DNA from: Patescibacteria group bacterium
GTDB taxonomy: Bacteria > Patescibacteriota > Minisyncoccia > 2-02-FULL-40-12 > GWA2-44-9
Length of the DNA: 64,000 bases
NCBI GenBank assembly: GCA_038064515.1
Contig: JBBTSY010000009.1
Location: forward strand, 2,155-66,154
Direction of reading: 5' to 3'
The notes beneath the pieces are model-generated. The model ran no database searches, was not told where the DNA came from, and saw only the letters and a list, made by a program, of their open reading frames with translations. Positions 48,153 to 57,226 of the stretch are shown here, piece after piece. Each line of letters opens with the position of its first letter. Positions within the stretch are counted from its first letter, which is position 1. A program made the translations under genes and the position numbers.

Positions 48153-48677
48153 TTATTTTATTATTTTTACTCGCGCCGGCCGGATCACTTTTTCATTTAA
48201 CATATATCCGGCTCGAAATTCCTCTGTTACCTTCTGCTCATCTCCTTGTCCTTCTTCCATCTGTACCGCTTCGTGAAGCAATGGATCAAATTTCTTGCCT
48301 ATTGATTCTATTTTTTTGATATGGTGCTTTCGCAACGCTCCGTACATTTTCGCCATACTATGCTCGATTCCTCTCAGCCATTCTCGATCGGTGTTCGGAG
48401 GCGCATGCTGGAGAGCGATCTCGAATGTATCAAGCACGTCAATCATATCAAGAAGAATCCATTCATTGCCATATTTGACTGCATCCTCGACTCGCCGCGC
48501 CTCATCTTTTTTGAAATTCACCAGGTCAGCTTGCGCTCGTTTCCATCCGTTCAGGTATTCCTCAACTTTATCATTAGCTTGCTGAAAAGCTTTATCCTGA
48601 ATTTGTTGAAGGGCTTGAGCTTCACTGGATTCCATCTCCTCTTCCAATGGAATGTTGATTTTATTGTGCTCTTTCAT
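48153..48677 (-). CDS. grpE: nucleotide exchange factor GrpE
   Basis: GrpE coiled-coil plus beta-domain homology. Operon position. Confidence 0.85.
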   Translation of the reverse strand: MKEHNKINIPLEEEMESSEAQALQQIQDKAFQQANDKVEEYLNGWKRAQADLVNFKKDEARRVEDAVKYGNEWILLDMIDVLDTFEIALQHAPPNTDREWLRGIEHSMAKMYGALRKHHIKKIESIGKKFDPLLHEAVQMEEGQGDEQKVTEEFRAGYMLNEKVIRPARVKIIK

Positions 48678-49452
48678 AATTTTCGACTGTTTCAGTTAAT
48701 GTATTTACTTTTTCGGCTGTATAGTTTATCAGCCCTAAATTATATTCATAATCCATGCGTATCGGTCCAATAATGGTTACTGACCCCATGCGATGCTGTG
48801 GCAAATGATATTTGGCATGAATCATCGTTTCCTCTTCAATCGCTCCGAACGGGTTTTCTCTGCCAATAAATATCTTAAAATGCTGAAGCTCATTTATGCC
48901 TCCGAAAAATTGACGCTCAAGCTGAATAAATCGTTCATCGAACTGGTCAAAAAAACTCATCAGTTCGAAAGTGCGACCAAATTCTCGGAACTCTGGAAAT
49001 TCCAGAAGACTAGCCAAGCCTTTCTGATAAAATTCGTCGCTAGCCGAATCATTTACGATTACTAAATTATCCGTAAGTTCATTAAGCAGATGCGCCACCA
49101 TCCGGTTTATTTCCCGCGGATCATGAGCAACTTCTGCAAAAGCATTATCAATGCGCCGCTTTGAGCGAGATTCTACACCGATATTTTCCTGCTGTAATAA
49201 TCCGTTTACAAAAAGCCGGTATGCCTTGTCGGTAGGAACTCTTCCAGCCGAGGTATGGGGCTGAACCAGGTAGCCGTCATTCTCTAGGGTCTGCATCTCA
49301 TTTCGGATAGTCGCAGGACTAACATCGAGATTACTTCGCTCGACAACCAGCGCCGAACCCACTGGTTCTGCGTGCTTAACATATTCTCGGACAATGAAAT
49401 CCAAGAGCTTTTTTTGTCGTTCGGTTACCATCACACCTTCTATTTTACTCAT
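48661..49452 (-). CDS. hrcA: heat-inducible transcription repressor HrcA
   Basis: Winged-helix N-terminus (LLDFIVREYVKHAEPVGSALV). Start MSKIEGV immediately after CIRCE. Confidence 0.85.
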   Translation of the reverse strand: MSKIEGVMVTERQKKLLDFIVREYVKHAEPVGSALVVERSNLDVSPATIRNEMQTLENDGYLVQPHTSAGRVPTDKAYRLFVNGLLQQENIGVESRSKRRIDNAFAEVAHDPREINRMVAHLLNELTDNLVIVNDSASDEFYQKGLASLLEFPEFREFGRTFELMSFFDQFDERFIQLERQFFGGINELQHFKIFIGRENPFGAIEEETMIHAKYHLPQHRMGSVTIIGPIRMDYEYNLGLINYTAEKVNTLTETVENYERAQ

Positions 49453-49478
49453 TAGCACTCTCGTGTCAAGAGTGCTAA
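49452..49478. promoter_or_regulatory. CIRCE operator TTAGCACTC-N9-GAGTGCTAA
   Basis: Perfect consensus inverted repeat with 9-nt spacer, overlapping the hrcA start codon. Confidence 0.85.
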
Positions 49479-49593
49479 TCCATTTTCTACGTTCAGGCCA
49501 CATGTTCAGCTTACTTGCTTCAGTACTTCCTCACCTTCGTTCCTCAACACATTTTACTTAGGGTTCGGGGCATATTTGTGATAAACTGCAAGC

Positions 49594-50844
49594 ATGTTTT
49601 CTAAGGTAAAGCGCTTATGGCGCGCTCTCGGTCCGGGATTTATTACCGGCGCTTCCGATAATGATATCGCCGGGATTGGCACCTATACAATCGCGGGAGC
49701 AAAAACCGGCAATGGACTGCTGTGGGTACTTCTATTTATTCTACCATTCATGATCGCTATCCAAGAAATGAGTGCCCGTATTGGGGCACTTTCCGGATGC
49801 GGCCTAGCTGGTAATATTAAAACCCATTATCCCAGGTGGCTTCTTATAATAGCGGCCACCATGATTGTCGTCGCTAATGTTTTCAATGTAGGCAGTAACC
49901 TATATGGTATGGCAGGAGCTCTTAACCTGGTCTTGCCCGTCCCCATCACGATGCTGGCAATTGGGACTTCCGTTGTCGTTCTAATTCTCATCATCAAGCT
50001 TCGCTATCAGCAGATTGTTTCCATCTTTAAATGGGTAGCTCTCACTCTCTTTGCGTATGTGTTCGCATTTTTATTTGTGGAAGCGGATTGGATGTCCATG
50101 CTTAAACATACGATAATTCCTTCATTTCACGTCAATCGGCAATCGCTCCTTATACTTTTCGCATTAATCGGCACTACCATCTCTCCCTATCTCTATTTCT
50201 GGCAGGCCAGTGAAGAAGCGGAAAATGTCCGAGAACGCCGTCCTCGAATTCGCGTGTGTAAATTTCGGACCGTAGCACCCGGCACGCTTCAAAAATTGGC
50301 ATTAGATACAAAATTAGGAATGGTGTTTTCGAATTTTATTTCTTTCTTCATTGTAGCACTTGCTTCCGCTACGTTATTCAAAGGAGGCGGAAATATTGAA
50401 ACACTTCGCGACGCTGCATCCGCGTTACACCCGATCGCCGGAGAATATGCGTATCTTCTTTTCACGGTTGGTCTTATTGGTTCCGGATTGTTGTCCATTC
50501 CCGTACTGGCCGGATCAGCCGCTTATGTTCTGTCTGAACTCTTTAATTGGAAGGGTAGTTTTGATAAATCATTTTTGGAAGCTAAAGAGTTTTATATCGC
50601 AATTATGCTTTCCATCGTCGTAGGCTTGCTCATGCCTCTTGTCGGCATCACCCCGTTACAGGCGCTCTTTTATACCGGCATTATCAATGGCTTAATCGCC
50701 CCTATTCTGATATTTATGATTATTCACATGTCGAATAATCCCAACATCGTCGGCGAGCATCGCTCAAAAGTTCACACCAACTATTTGGGATATGCAAGTT
50801 TTGCTATAATGTTGGCGGGTAGCATTTTTGTATTTGTGCATTAA
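49594..50844 (+). CDS. mntH: NRAMP-family divalent metal transporter
   Basis: N-terminal GPGFITGASDND motif. 11-12 TM helices. Confidence 0.75.
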   Translation: MFSKVKRLWRALGPGFITGASDNDIAGIGTYTIAGAKTGNGLLWVLLFILPFMIAIQEMSARIGALSGCGLAGNIKTHYPRWLLIIAATMIVVANVFNVGSNLYGMAGALNLVLPVPITMLAIGTSVVVLILIIKLRYQQIVSIFKWVALTLFAYVFAFLFVEADWMSMLKHTIIPSFHVNRQSLLILFALIGTTISPYLYFWQASEEAENVRERRPRIRVCKFRTVAPGTLQKLALDTKLGMVFSNFISFFIVALASATLFKGGGNIETLRDAASALHPIAGEYAYLLFTVGLIGSGLLSIPVLAGSAAYVLSELFNWKGSFDKSFLEAKEFYIAIMLSIVVGLLMPLVGITPLQALFYTGIINGLIAPILIFMIIHMSNNPNIVGEHRSKVHTNYLGYASFAIMLAGSIFVFVH

Positions 50845-50849
50845 AAAAA

Positions 50850-52247
50850 ATGAAAATTTACAACACTCTCACTCGAAAAGTCGAAGAATTAGTGCCGCTT
50901 CAAAGCAAGACGGTACATATGTTTGTTTGCGGACCGACGGTATACGATTTTATCCATATCGGCAATGCCCGTACATTTGTTATTTTTGACATGGTAGCGA
51001 AATATCTAAGATTTCGAGAATTTGAAGTTCGCTACATTCAAAACATCACTGATATCGACGATAAGATCATTAGCTGTGCCAGAGAAAATAATGAAGACGC
51101 GGAAATCTACGCCCAGCGCTTTGAAACGGAGTATTTTAAGGATATTAAAAGCCTCGGTATTGATGCCGTCAGCATCTATGTTCGCGCTACTGATCATATT
51201 GAGGCCATCATCAAGCAGGTACAAACACTGATCGATAAGGGGTTTGCCTATGAAATCAGCGATGGCATCTATTTTGATATCTCAAAATTTAAAGGCTACG
51301 GGAAACTATCCGGCCGCACTACCGTTAATGACGATGACGCCGTATCGCGAATTGACGAAAATCCAGGAAAGCGAAACTCGGGCGATTTTGCGCTCTGGAA
51401 ACGCTCCGAAGGTGACGAACCGTCATGGCAAGCTCCTTGGTTTCCGGGACGTCCCGGTTGGCACATCGAAGATACGGCCATCACCGAAGCGTATTTCGGT
51501 CCTCAATACGATCTCCATGGTGGCGGCCGGGACCTTATTTTTCCGCACCATGAAGCGGAGATTACCCAACAGGAAGCGGCATCAGGGAAATCCCCCTTTG
51601 TTAAATACTGGATGCATGCCGGCTTTCTTGAGAACAAATCAGCAAAAATGTCCAAGTCGCTTGACAATTTTGCCACTGTTCGCGATATGCTTGAAAGATA
51701 TCCGCGGGAAGTGCTTCGCCTTTACTTTTTAAGCGCGCATTACCGATCCCCGCTTGATTTTAGCGAAGAATCCTTCCGGCAAGCCCAGGCAAGCATTGAT
51801 CGAATCACGGAATTTATCAATCGCTTAAAATTCTTCGAGAATAAGAACCCGAATGCCCATCGTTTTGATGAAGAGGTCGGCAATGCCGCTAATAAAACAT
51901 ATGCAGGTATTATTGATGCGCTCGATGATGACTTTAATACGCCAAAAGCATTGGGCATATTTTTCGAATTTATCCGCCTTAGCAATCAGTATATCCATGA
52001 AGAGAAGATAGATTTTCATTTCGCTAAGCGAATAATGCATGTTTTGGACATATTCTCCAATGTCTTCGGCATCATCCCTCTGGCCACCAGTGTAATTCCT
52101 CTGGAAATCACTCAATTGGTTCAGGAGCGCCAATCAGCCAAAGAACACAAGGATTTTGAAAAAGCCGATCAATTGCGCCGAAAAGTAGAAACTCAAGGCT
52201 ATCTCATTGACGATACGCCCTACGGACCTCTCATAAAGAAAAGGTAA
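50850..52247 (+). CDS. cysS: cysteinyl-tRNA synthetase
   Basis: HIGNAR (HIGH) and KMSKS motifs. Zn-binding Cys (VCGPTVYD). Confidence 0.9.
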   Translation: MKIYNTLTRKVEELVPLQSKTVHMFVCGPTVYDFIHIGNARTFVIFDMVAKYLRFREFEVRYIQNITDIDDKIISCARENNEDAEIYAQRFETEYFKDIKSLGIDAVSIYVRATDHIEAIIKQVQTLIDKGFAYEISDGIYFDISKFKGYGKLSGRTTVNDDDAVSRIDENPGKRNSGDFALWKRSEGDEPSWQAPWFPGRPGWHIEDTAITEAYFGPQYDLHGGGRDLIFPHHEAEITQQEAASGKSPFVKYWMHAGFLENKSAKMSKSLDNFATVRDMLERYPREVLRLYFLSAHYRSPLDFSEESFRQAQASIDRITEFINRLKFFENKNPNAHRFDEEVGNAANKTYAGIIDALDDDFNTPKALGIFFEFIRLSNQYIHEEKIDFHFAKRIMHVLDIFSNVFGIIPLATSVIPLEITQLVQERQSAKEHKDFEKADQLRRKVETQGYLIDDTPYGPLIKKR

Positions 52248-52329
52248 TGTTTGGAAATCTTTTGATTTCAACAGGATATCCCCCTACTTATGCCTTGCTT
52301 CGTTTTCCTTGATCTAGAATAATACCCTT

Positions 52330-53709
52330 ATGCAGAACGGGACCACCACTATCATGACGCAATTGCCGCCTCAAAATTTAGACGCGGAAAAATCACTATT
52401 AGGCGCTCTCCTCATCGATAAAGAAGCCATCAATAAAGTGATAGATATCCTGGGTGCGGACGACTTCTATAATCGCAATAACCAGGTTATTTTTGATGCC
52501 GTGATGACGCTCTTTGAGAAGCGAGAAAACATCGATATTTTGAGCCTGTCGAATAAACTGCGCGAAATGGGCGCTTTAGAGCAGATCGGCGGCATGAGTT
52601 ATCTCACATCACTCGCCAATTCCGTGCCCACTTCCGCGCACGTTGCTACCTATGCCCGCATCGTTCAGCGCAAGAAAACTCTCCGCAATCTGATTGATAC
52701 TGCGCATCACATCATCAGTCTCGGTTATCGAGAAGAAGATGATATTGAAAACCTTCTCGATGAGGCTGAACAAAGGCTTTTTCAAGTTTCCCAAAAAACT
52801 TACGGCCAGAGCTTCAATCCCCTTGCCACCGGGCTGGAAGCGGCCATGGAACGCATCAGCAATCAAGATAGCGGCGTAATGCGCGGTCACCCCACAAAGC
52901 ACAGGCGTTTAGACGAATTGCTCGGCGGATTCCAAAAATCAGACCTGATCATTCTGGCCGCTCGCCCTTCGGTCGGAAAAACGGCATTCGCCATTGATCT
53001 GGCGTTACGCGCCGCGGAACAGAATATTCCGGTCGGCATGTTCAGTTTAGAAATGTCTATCGATCAAGTCATCGATCGATTCATTTCAACAAAATCAAGT
53101 ACGAGTTTATGGAAACTCCGTACCGGAAAACTTTCACACGACGGAACCGATGATTTTCTTAAGATCACTAATGCCATCAGTGACTTAAAAGAACTCCCCA
53201 TCTTTATTGACGACGCCGCTTCCCTTAATGTACTCCAAATGCGCGCTATGGCTCGTCGTCTGCAAGCTGAACATGGTTTAGGACTCTTAATCGTTGATTA
53301 TCTCCAATTAATGGCCGCTCGTAGAAACTATGATAGTCCCGTGCAACAGGTTACTGAAATCTCCCGCGGATTAAAGGGACTGGCGAAGGAACTGAATATT
53401 CCCGTAATCGCCATTTCCCAACTTTCCCGCGCCGTGGAGCACCGAGGCGACAATGCTAAGCCGAAGTTATCCGATCTTCGGGATTCCGGCTCTATTGAAC
53501 AAGACGCCGATGTGGTTATGTTTATCCATCGCGAGGATAAGGTAAATTTTCAAGCCGCCCAAGATAGCGGAAAACTAAATATGGCTCAACTTCTCATTGC
53601 TAAACATCGTAATGGCCCTACTGGCCAAGTAGATTTCCATATCGATCCTGATTCGCTTAAATTCCTTGAGATTGATAAAACTCACCAGGATATCGACTTT
53701 GCATTCTAA
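52330..53709 (+). CDS. dnaB: replicative DNA helicase DnaB (no intein)
   Basis: Walker A ARPSVGKTAF and the RecA-like C-terminal domain. Confidence 0.9.
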   Translation: MQNGTTTIMTQLPPQNLDAEKSLLGALLIDKEAINKVIDILGADDFYNRNNQVIFDAVMTLFEKRENIDILSLSNKLREMGALEQIGGMSYLTSLANSVPTSAHVATYARIVQRKKTLRNLIDTAHHIISLGYREEDDIENLLDEAEQRLFQVSQKTYGQSFNPLATGLEAAMERISNQDSGVMRGHPTKHRRLDELLGGFQKSDLIILAARPSVGKTAFAIDLALRAAEQNIPVGMFSLEMSIDQVIDRFISTKSSTSLWKLRTGKLSHDGTDDFLKITNAISDLKELPIFIDDAASLNVLQMRAMARRLQAEHGLGLLIVDYLQLMAARRNYDSPVQQVTEISRGLKGLAKELNIPVIAISQLSRAVEHRGDNAKPKLSDLRDSGSIEQDADVVMFIHREDKVNFQAAQDSGKLNMAQLLIAKHRNGPTGQVDFHIDPDSLKFLEIDKTHQDIDFAF

Positions 53710-54305
53710 TGAATCCTCGTTTTAAATATCTCGTCCGTTTATTCCAAAAACTCCCCGGCGTCGGCCAACGGCAGGGTGCGCGTTTTGTTTTATCATTATT
53801 AAATCGTGACGAACAGGAATTGCAAGAGCTTGGAGATGCTATCGCTACGCTCAAACAATCAGTCCGCTTCTGCAAAGAGTGCTTTAACGTAGCCGAGGAC
53901 GAGATCTGTCTTATTTGCGCTAATCCGCGGCGCGATACTTCCAAAATGCTTGTTGTCGAAAAGATAACCGATTTGGACTCTATTGAAAGAACTGGTCTTT
54001 ACCGAGGCCTATATCATGTGTTGGGAGGCAGTATTAACCCCGTGGAGGGTATGACGCCGGAACACCTTAAAATTCGAGAATTAAAAAGTCGCGTCCAGAA
54101 GCTTTCCAAAAATAAGGAAGAGTTCGAGCTTATTCTGGCTACTGGTACCGCCACCTCGGGGGAAACAACCGCACTTTATATTCGGGAACTTTTTCATGAT
54201 CAGCCGATTATACTTACCCGCTTGGGCCGAGGACTCTCGGCCGGTTCAAATCTCGAATATGCTGACGAAATCACATTAAAGCACGCGTTAGAACAAAGAA
54301 AATGA
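53709..54305 (+). CDS. recR: recombination protein RecR
   Basis: HhH, C4 zinc finger (CKECFNVAEDEICLIC) and Toprim. Confidence 0.9.
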   Translation: MNPRFKYLVRLFQKLPGVGQRQGARFVLSLLNRDEQELQELGDAIATLKQSVRFCKECFNVAEDEICLICANPRRDTSKMLVVEKITDLDSIERTGLYRGLYHVLGGSINPVEGMTPEHLKIRELKSRVQKLSKNKEEFELILATGTATSGETTALYIRELFHDQPIILTRLGRGLSAGSNLEYADEITLKHALEQRK

Positions 54306-54413
54306 AAAGGTAGAACCGATGTGTAACTAATGCTCGTCCCGAACGAAGTGCGGGACTGACGAAATCACATTAAAGCACGCGTTAGAACAAAGAAAATAAA
54401 AAGGTAGAATTAC
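54257..54413 (+). repeat. ~52-nt direct duplication of the recR 3' end (GACGAAATCACATTAAAGCACGCGTTAGAACAAAGAAAAT(G/A)AAAAGGTAGAA), separated by a 40-nt spacer containing the hairpin GTCCCGaacgaagtgCGGGAC
   Basis: Copies at 54257-54317 and 54358-54410 with one mismatch. Confidence 0.7.
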
Positions 54414-54423
54414 TACTCAAACA

Positions 54424-54456
54424 AAAATCTCCCTCGTTTAGAGGGAGATTTTTGTA
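54424..54456. terminator. bidirectional intrinsic terminator (ATCTCCCTC-GTTTA-GAGGGAGAT) overlapping the last codons of rplU
   Basis: 9-bp stem with an A-run on one side and a T-run on the other. Confidence 0.6.
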
Positions 54457-54746
54457 ATTTGGACTTTCGTAAATAGCTGACGATGGCCCTTCTTCTTTCG
54501 CTGGCGAGTTTTAGATTTAAATCTGAAAACCATTTTTTTCTTGCCTTTTCCCTCCGCGAGCACTTTTGCCGTAACCGTAGCGCCGGAAACCATAGGATTG
54601 CCTATTTTGATTGAGTCTCCGTCTGCGATAAGAAGCACTTCTTCAAAAGTTACTTTGCCGTCTTCCGAAGCGTGTTTTTCAATAGAAACAACGTCGCCTT
54701 CCTCAACTTTGTATTGTTTTCCTCCAGTTTTAATAATTGCGAACAT
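54438..54746 (-). CDS. rplU: 50S ribosomal protein L21
   Basis: [20 protein letters not shown]... The N-terminal extension in the ORF track is judged spurious. Confidence 0.85.
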   Translation of the reverse strand: MFAIIKTGGKQYKVEEGDVVSIEKHASEDGKVTFEEVLLIADGDSIKIGNPMVSGATVTAKVLAEGKGKKKMVFRFKSKTRQRKKKGHRQLFTKVQITKISL

Positions 54747-54872
54747 TTCCTTAACAACAGCCTGCCCGTCCGAAGGAGGGCAAACATAATATAAAAATAA
54801 CCTACGCATGATACCAGATAGACCCAAAATGGTCAATCCGATAATAACAGGAAGGGTGGGGTTTTAGAGTAA

Positions 54873-54972
54873 CGCGGCATGCCTTCTCGGGAGGCTTACG
54901 GAGCGCGACGGCGCGAGTACGAGACGAATTTTCAGTAGAAAATTACGTCGTACTCTCCGAAAGACATGCTGC
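54873..54972. repeat. GC-rich palindromic element Y upstream of rplU (outer IR GCGGCATGCCTTCTCGG/CCGAAAGACATGCTGC; core CGGAGCGCGACGGCGCGAG; AT hairpin GAGTACGAGACGAATTTTC/GAAAATTACGTCGTACTC)
   Basis: Same architecture and core as element X. Confidence 0.55.
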
Positions 54973-55030
54973 TTTATTCTATTCAAATAATCAAATAAGA
55001 GTAATCAAATAAGAGCTTACTTTGTTACTC

Positions 55031-55058
55031 TTGACTTTTCCTGTAATAATGATATCAT
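55031..55058 (+). promoter_or_regulatory. promoter TTGACT-N16-TATCAT for islet G
   Basis: Hexamers at 55031-55036 and 55053-55058, followed by a hairpin-containing leader. Confidence 0.35.
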
Positions 55059-55124
55059 TATTACATCCAGTTCGCTGGCTAAGAATAACCAGCTTTTACA
55101 AAGAAGAAAGGCAAGGGTAAAAGA

Positions 55125-55733
55125 ATGAGTACGCTACAAGTTGCTCTTAGTGGGATCGCTCCCCAATTGAAGCTTGTGGAGCCTGGGCTGAAGCACACCG
55201 AGCGCGTGCTTCAGCTGATCATCGACGGGGCGGCCAAGATGGATCGCGCCGTCATGGGTATCGACAAGATCACCCGCCTCGTGGGCGCCATCGAGCTCCC
55301 CGACGCCGAGTCCACGGCCATCGCTTGGTTCCGCGAAAACGGCATCAAGCGACTCGCCGCCGCGGTTCTGGCGATCCGACTCTCGGACCATTCACTGGTC
55401 TACGAGATCCGGGTTGGCGATACCAAGATTCGAGACATCCATGTGGTGGGACGTCTGCGCAAGGCGGAAGCCTATGCGCAGGCCGTGGTCATTCCCAAAC
55501 AGAAGTGGCCCCTGCTCACCGTCAAAGGTCAGCCGGATTTCAAGGCCCTCCGTCAGTGGTCCTGGGACCCCGAAGGAGCGGTGGTGATCCGGTCGATGGG
55601 GACCACCCGCTTGGCCGTCGCGGAAGTATTCGCGACGGTGGCCAACAGCCTCGCCGAGAACCTCGGCATCGTGGGTTGCTCCCCGCCCCGCGCTGATCGC
55701 CGCCTTCAGGCGATCCGCCGTGGTAACCAGTAG
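55125..55733 (+). CDS. hypothetical protein; high-GC islet G
   Basis: 202-aa ORF, about 62% GC, AAGGCAAGGG SD, terminator at ~55757-55795. Confidence 0.5.
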   Translation: MSTLQVALSGIAPQLKLVEPGLKHTERVLQLIIDGAAKMDRAVMGIDKITRLVGAIELPDAESTAIAWFRENGIKRLAAAVLAIRLSDHSLVYEIRVGDTKIRDIHVVGRLRKAEAYAQAVVIPKQKWPLLTVKGQPDFKALRQWSWDPEGAVVIRSMGTTRLAVAEVFATVANSLAENLGIVGCSPPRADRRLQAIRRGNQ

Positions 55734-55756
55734 ACCCCGCCGCATCTGTAGAAAAA

Positions 55757-55795
55757 GTCGCACTCACACTTTTCTCTCGGGTGCGGCTTTTTCTT
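55757..55795 (+). terminator. intrinsic terminator after islet G
   Basis: GTCGCACTC...GGGTGCGGC stem followed by TTTTTCTTG. Confidence 0.45.
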
Positions 55796-55821
55796 GAAAA
55801 AACTGGAAATCAATGTACAAT
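55794..55821 (+). promoter_or_regulatory. promoter TTGAAA-N16-TACAAT for tRNA-Glu
   Basis: -10 element lies 12 nt upstream of the tRNA 5' end. Confidence 0.4.
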
Positions 55822-55833
55822 AAATACGCCTAT

Positions 55834-55907
55834 GGCGCCATCGTCTAGTCTGGTCAGGACACTTGGTTCTCATCCAAGAAACTGGGGTTCGAATCCCCAT
55901 GGCGCTG
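55834..55907 (+). tRNA. tRNA-Glu (anticodon CTC)
   Basis: Acceptor GGCGCCA/TGGCGCT, D-arm TCGTCTAGTCTGGTCAGGACAC (Glu-like), anticodon stem CTTGG/CCAAG with loop TTCTCAT, T-arm TGGGG-TTCGAAT-CCCCA. Confidence 0.8.
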
Positions 55908-55933
55908 CGAACGAAGTGAGTAGTGCCAATAAA

Positions 55934-57226
55934 CTATTTCGAGAGCCATTTTTTGCTTTGCCTAACAAGAAGCTCTTCTTTTCTTTCCGGCTCCGCCATA
56001 ATTTCTTCCACAATCTTTTCCATGCGCATCCCTTGCGAGCCCTTTACCAGCACAAGATCCCCTTCTTTAATAAGTTCCTGAACTTTTGATTTAGCCTCTT
56101 CCGAAGTGTGAAATGTATAAATCTGTTCCCGCGCCATCTGGTTGGCGGCTGAATCGGCGATAAATTTTGCCTTCTCCCCAACGCATACGAGCGCATGGAC
56201 AAGGTTGCCTACCTTATTTCCCGCCGTACGATGAACTTCAAGGCTATATCTTCCCAATTCAAGCATATCGCCTAGTACCGCTACCTTCCGAGGCGCCGAG
56301 CAATTCCGGAGCGTGTCTAGCGCAAGATGCATGGCGGCTGGCGCCGCGTTGTACGTATCATCAATAATGACACTACCTCTGATGCCCGGAATGATCCTAA
56401 GGCGTCCCGGCGTACCTCGATAACTCAAGAGACCCTTGTTTATTTCTACCAGATTCATGCCGAAATGAAGACCCACAATTGCCGCAGCCGCGCTAGCATA
56501 CGTCTGTGATCTTCCCAACGATCCTTCGATTTTCATGGGCATCAGGCTTCCATCCAAATGTAGCTTAAAATTAATGCCCTGGGGACGGCCGCGATCATCA
56601 GTGCTTAAATCGAGATTTGAAATACGGACTGAAGCACCATCGCCAAAACCGAATGTCCTCACTTGCGCCTTGGTCACTGTTTGCATATCCAGAACTACTT
56701 GGTCATCGAAATTAAGAATAGCAAGGCTGTGAGGGTCTAATGCTCGCACCAGTTCGGATTTCTCTTTTGCTAATGCCTCGGGGCCGGAAAAATATTCGAC
56801 ATGAACCGGAATCTCTCCGACCGCGGTCACGACGCCCACAGTAGGCTTATATAATTTGACAAGGCGCGCGATATCACCGGGATGATCGGCTCCATATTCA
56901 AGTACGAGGACTTTAGGATATTCTAGAGGAAAAATAAGACCGATAATTCCACGGGTTATGACTTTTGCCCACAGAAAAAAACTGCTCCCTTTCTGATAAT
57001 ATTCTTCGCTCCAATCGCCTATGATCGATAATGGAACGCCAAGTTCGTTATTTAAGTTACCGCCGCTCATCCGCACGCGCATGATAGTTCCCAAAACGGC
57101 GCCAATGGCTTCCTTGGTGGAAGTTTTACCAACATTACCCGTTACGGCAACAATGGCGGGTTTATATCGCGCCAAATATGCTTGCGCGAGTGTAGTAAGA
57201 ATTCTTTGAAGCAATGATTGCATCAT
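55934..57226 (-). CDS. murF: UDP-MurNAc-tripeptide D-Ala-D-Ala ligase (MurF) lacking the N-terminal domain
   Basis: P-loop VTGNVGKTSTKE at residue ~28. IIDDTYNAAP matches the MurF DDSYNANP signature. Confidence 0.7.
   Translation of the reverse strand: MMQSLLQRILTTLAQAYLARYKPAIVAVTGNVGKTSTKEAIGAVLGTIMRVRMSGGNLNNELGVPLSIIGDWSEEYYQKGSSFFLWAKVITRGIIGLIFPLEYPKVLVLEYGADHPGDIARLVKLYKPTVGVVTAVGEIPVHVEYFSGPEALAKEKSELVRALDPHSLAILNFDDQVVLDMQTVTKAQVRTFGFGDGASVRISNLDLSTDDRGRPQGINFKLHLDGSLMPMKIEGSLGRSQTYASAAAAIVGLHFGMNLVEINKGLLSYRGTPGRLRIIPGIRGSVIIDDTYNAAPAAMHLALDTLRNCSAPRKVAVLGDMLELGRYSLEVHRTAGNKVGNLVHALVCVGEKAKFIADSAANQMAREQIYTFHTSEEAKSKVQELIKEGDLVLVKGSQGMRMEKIVEEIMAEPERKEELLVRQSKKWLSK

Noticed and set aside
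55134-55900. Antisense and alternate-frame ORFs in islet G (55134-55391 minus, 55325-55696 plus, 55392-55763 minus, 55540-55767 minus)
   Set aside because: Same GC-driven artefact. Arg/Gly/Pro-rich low-complexity translations.
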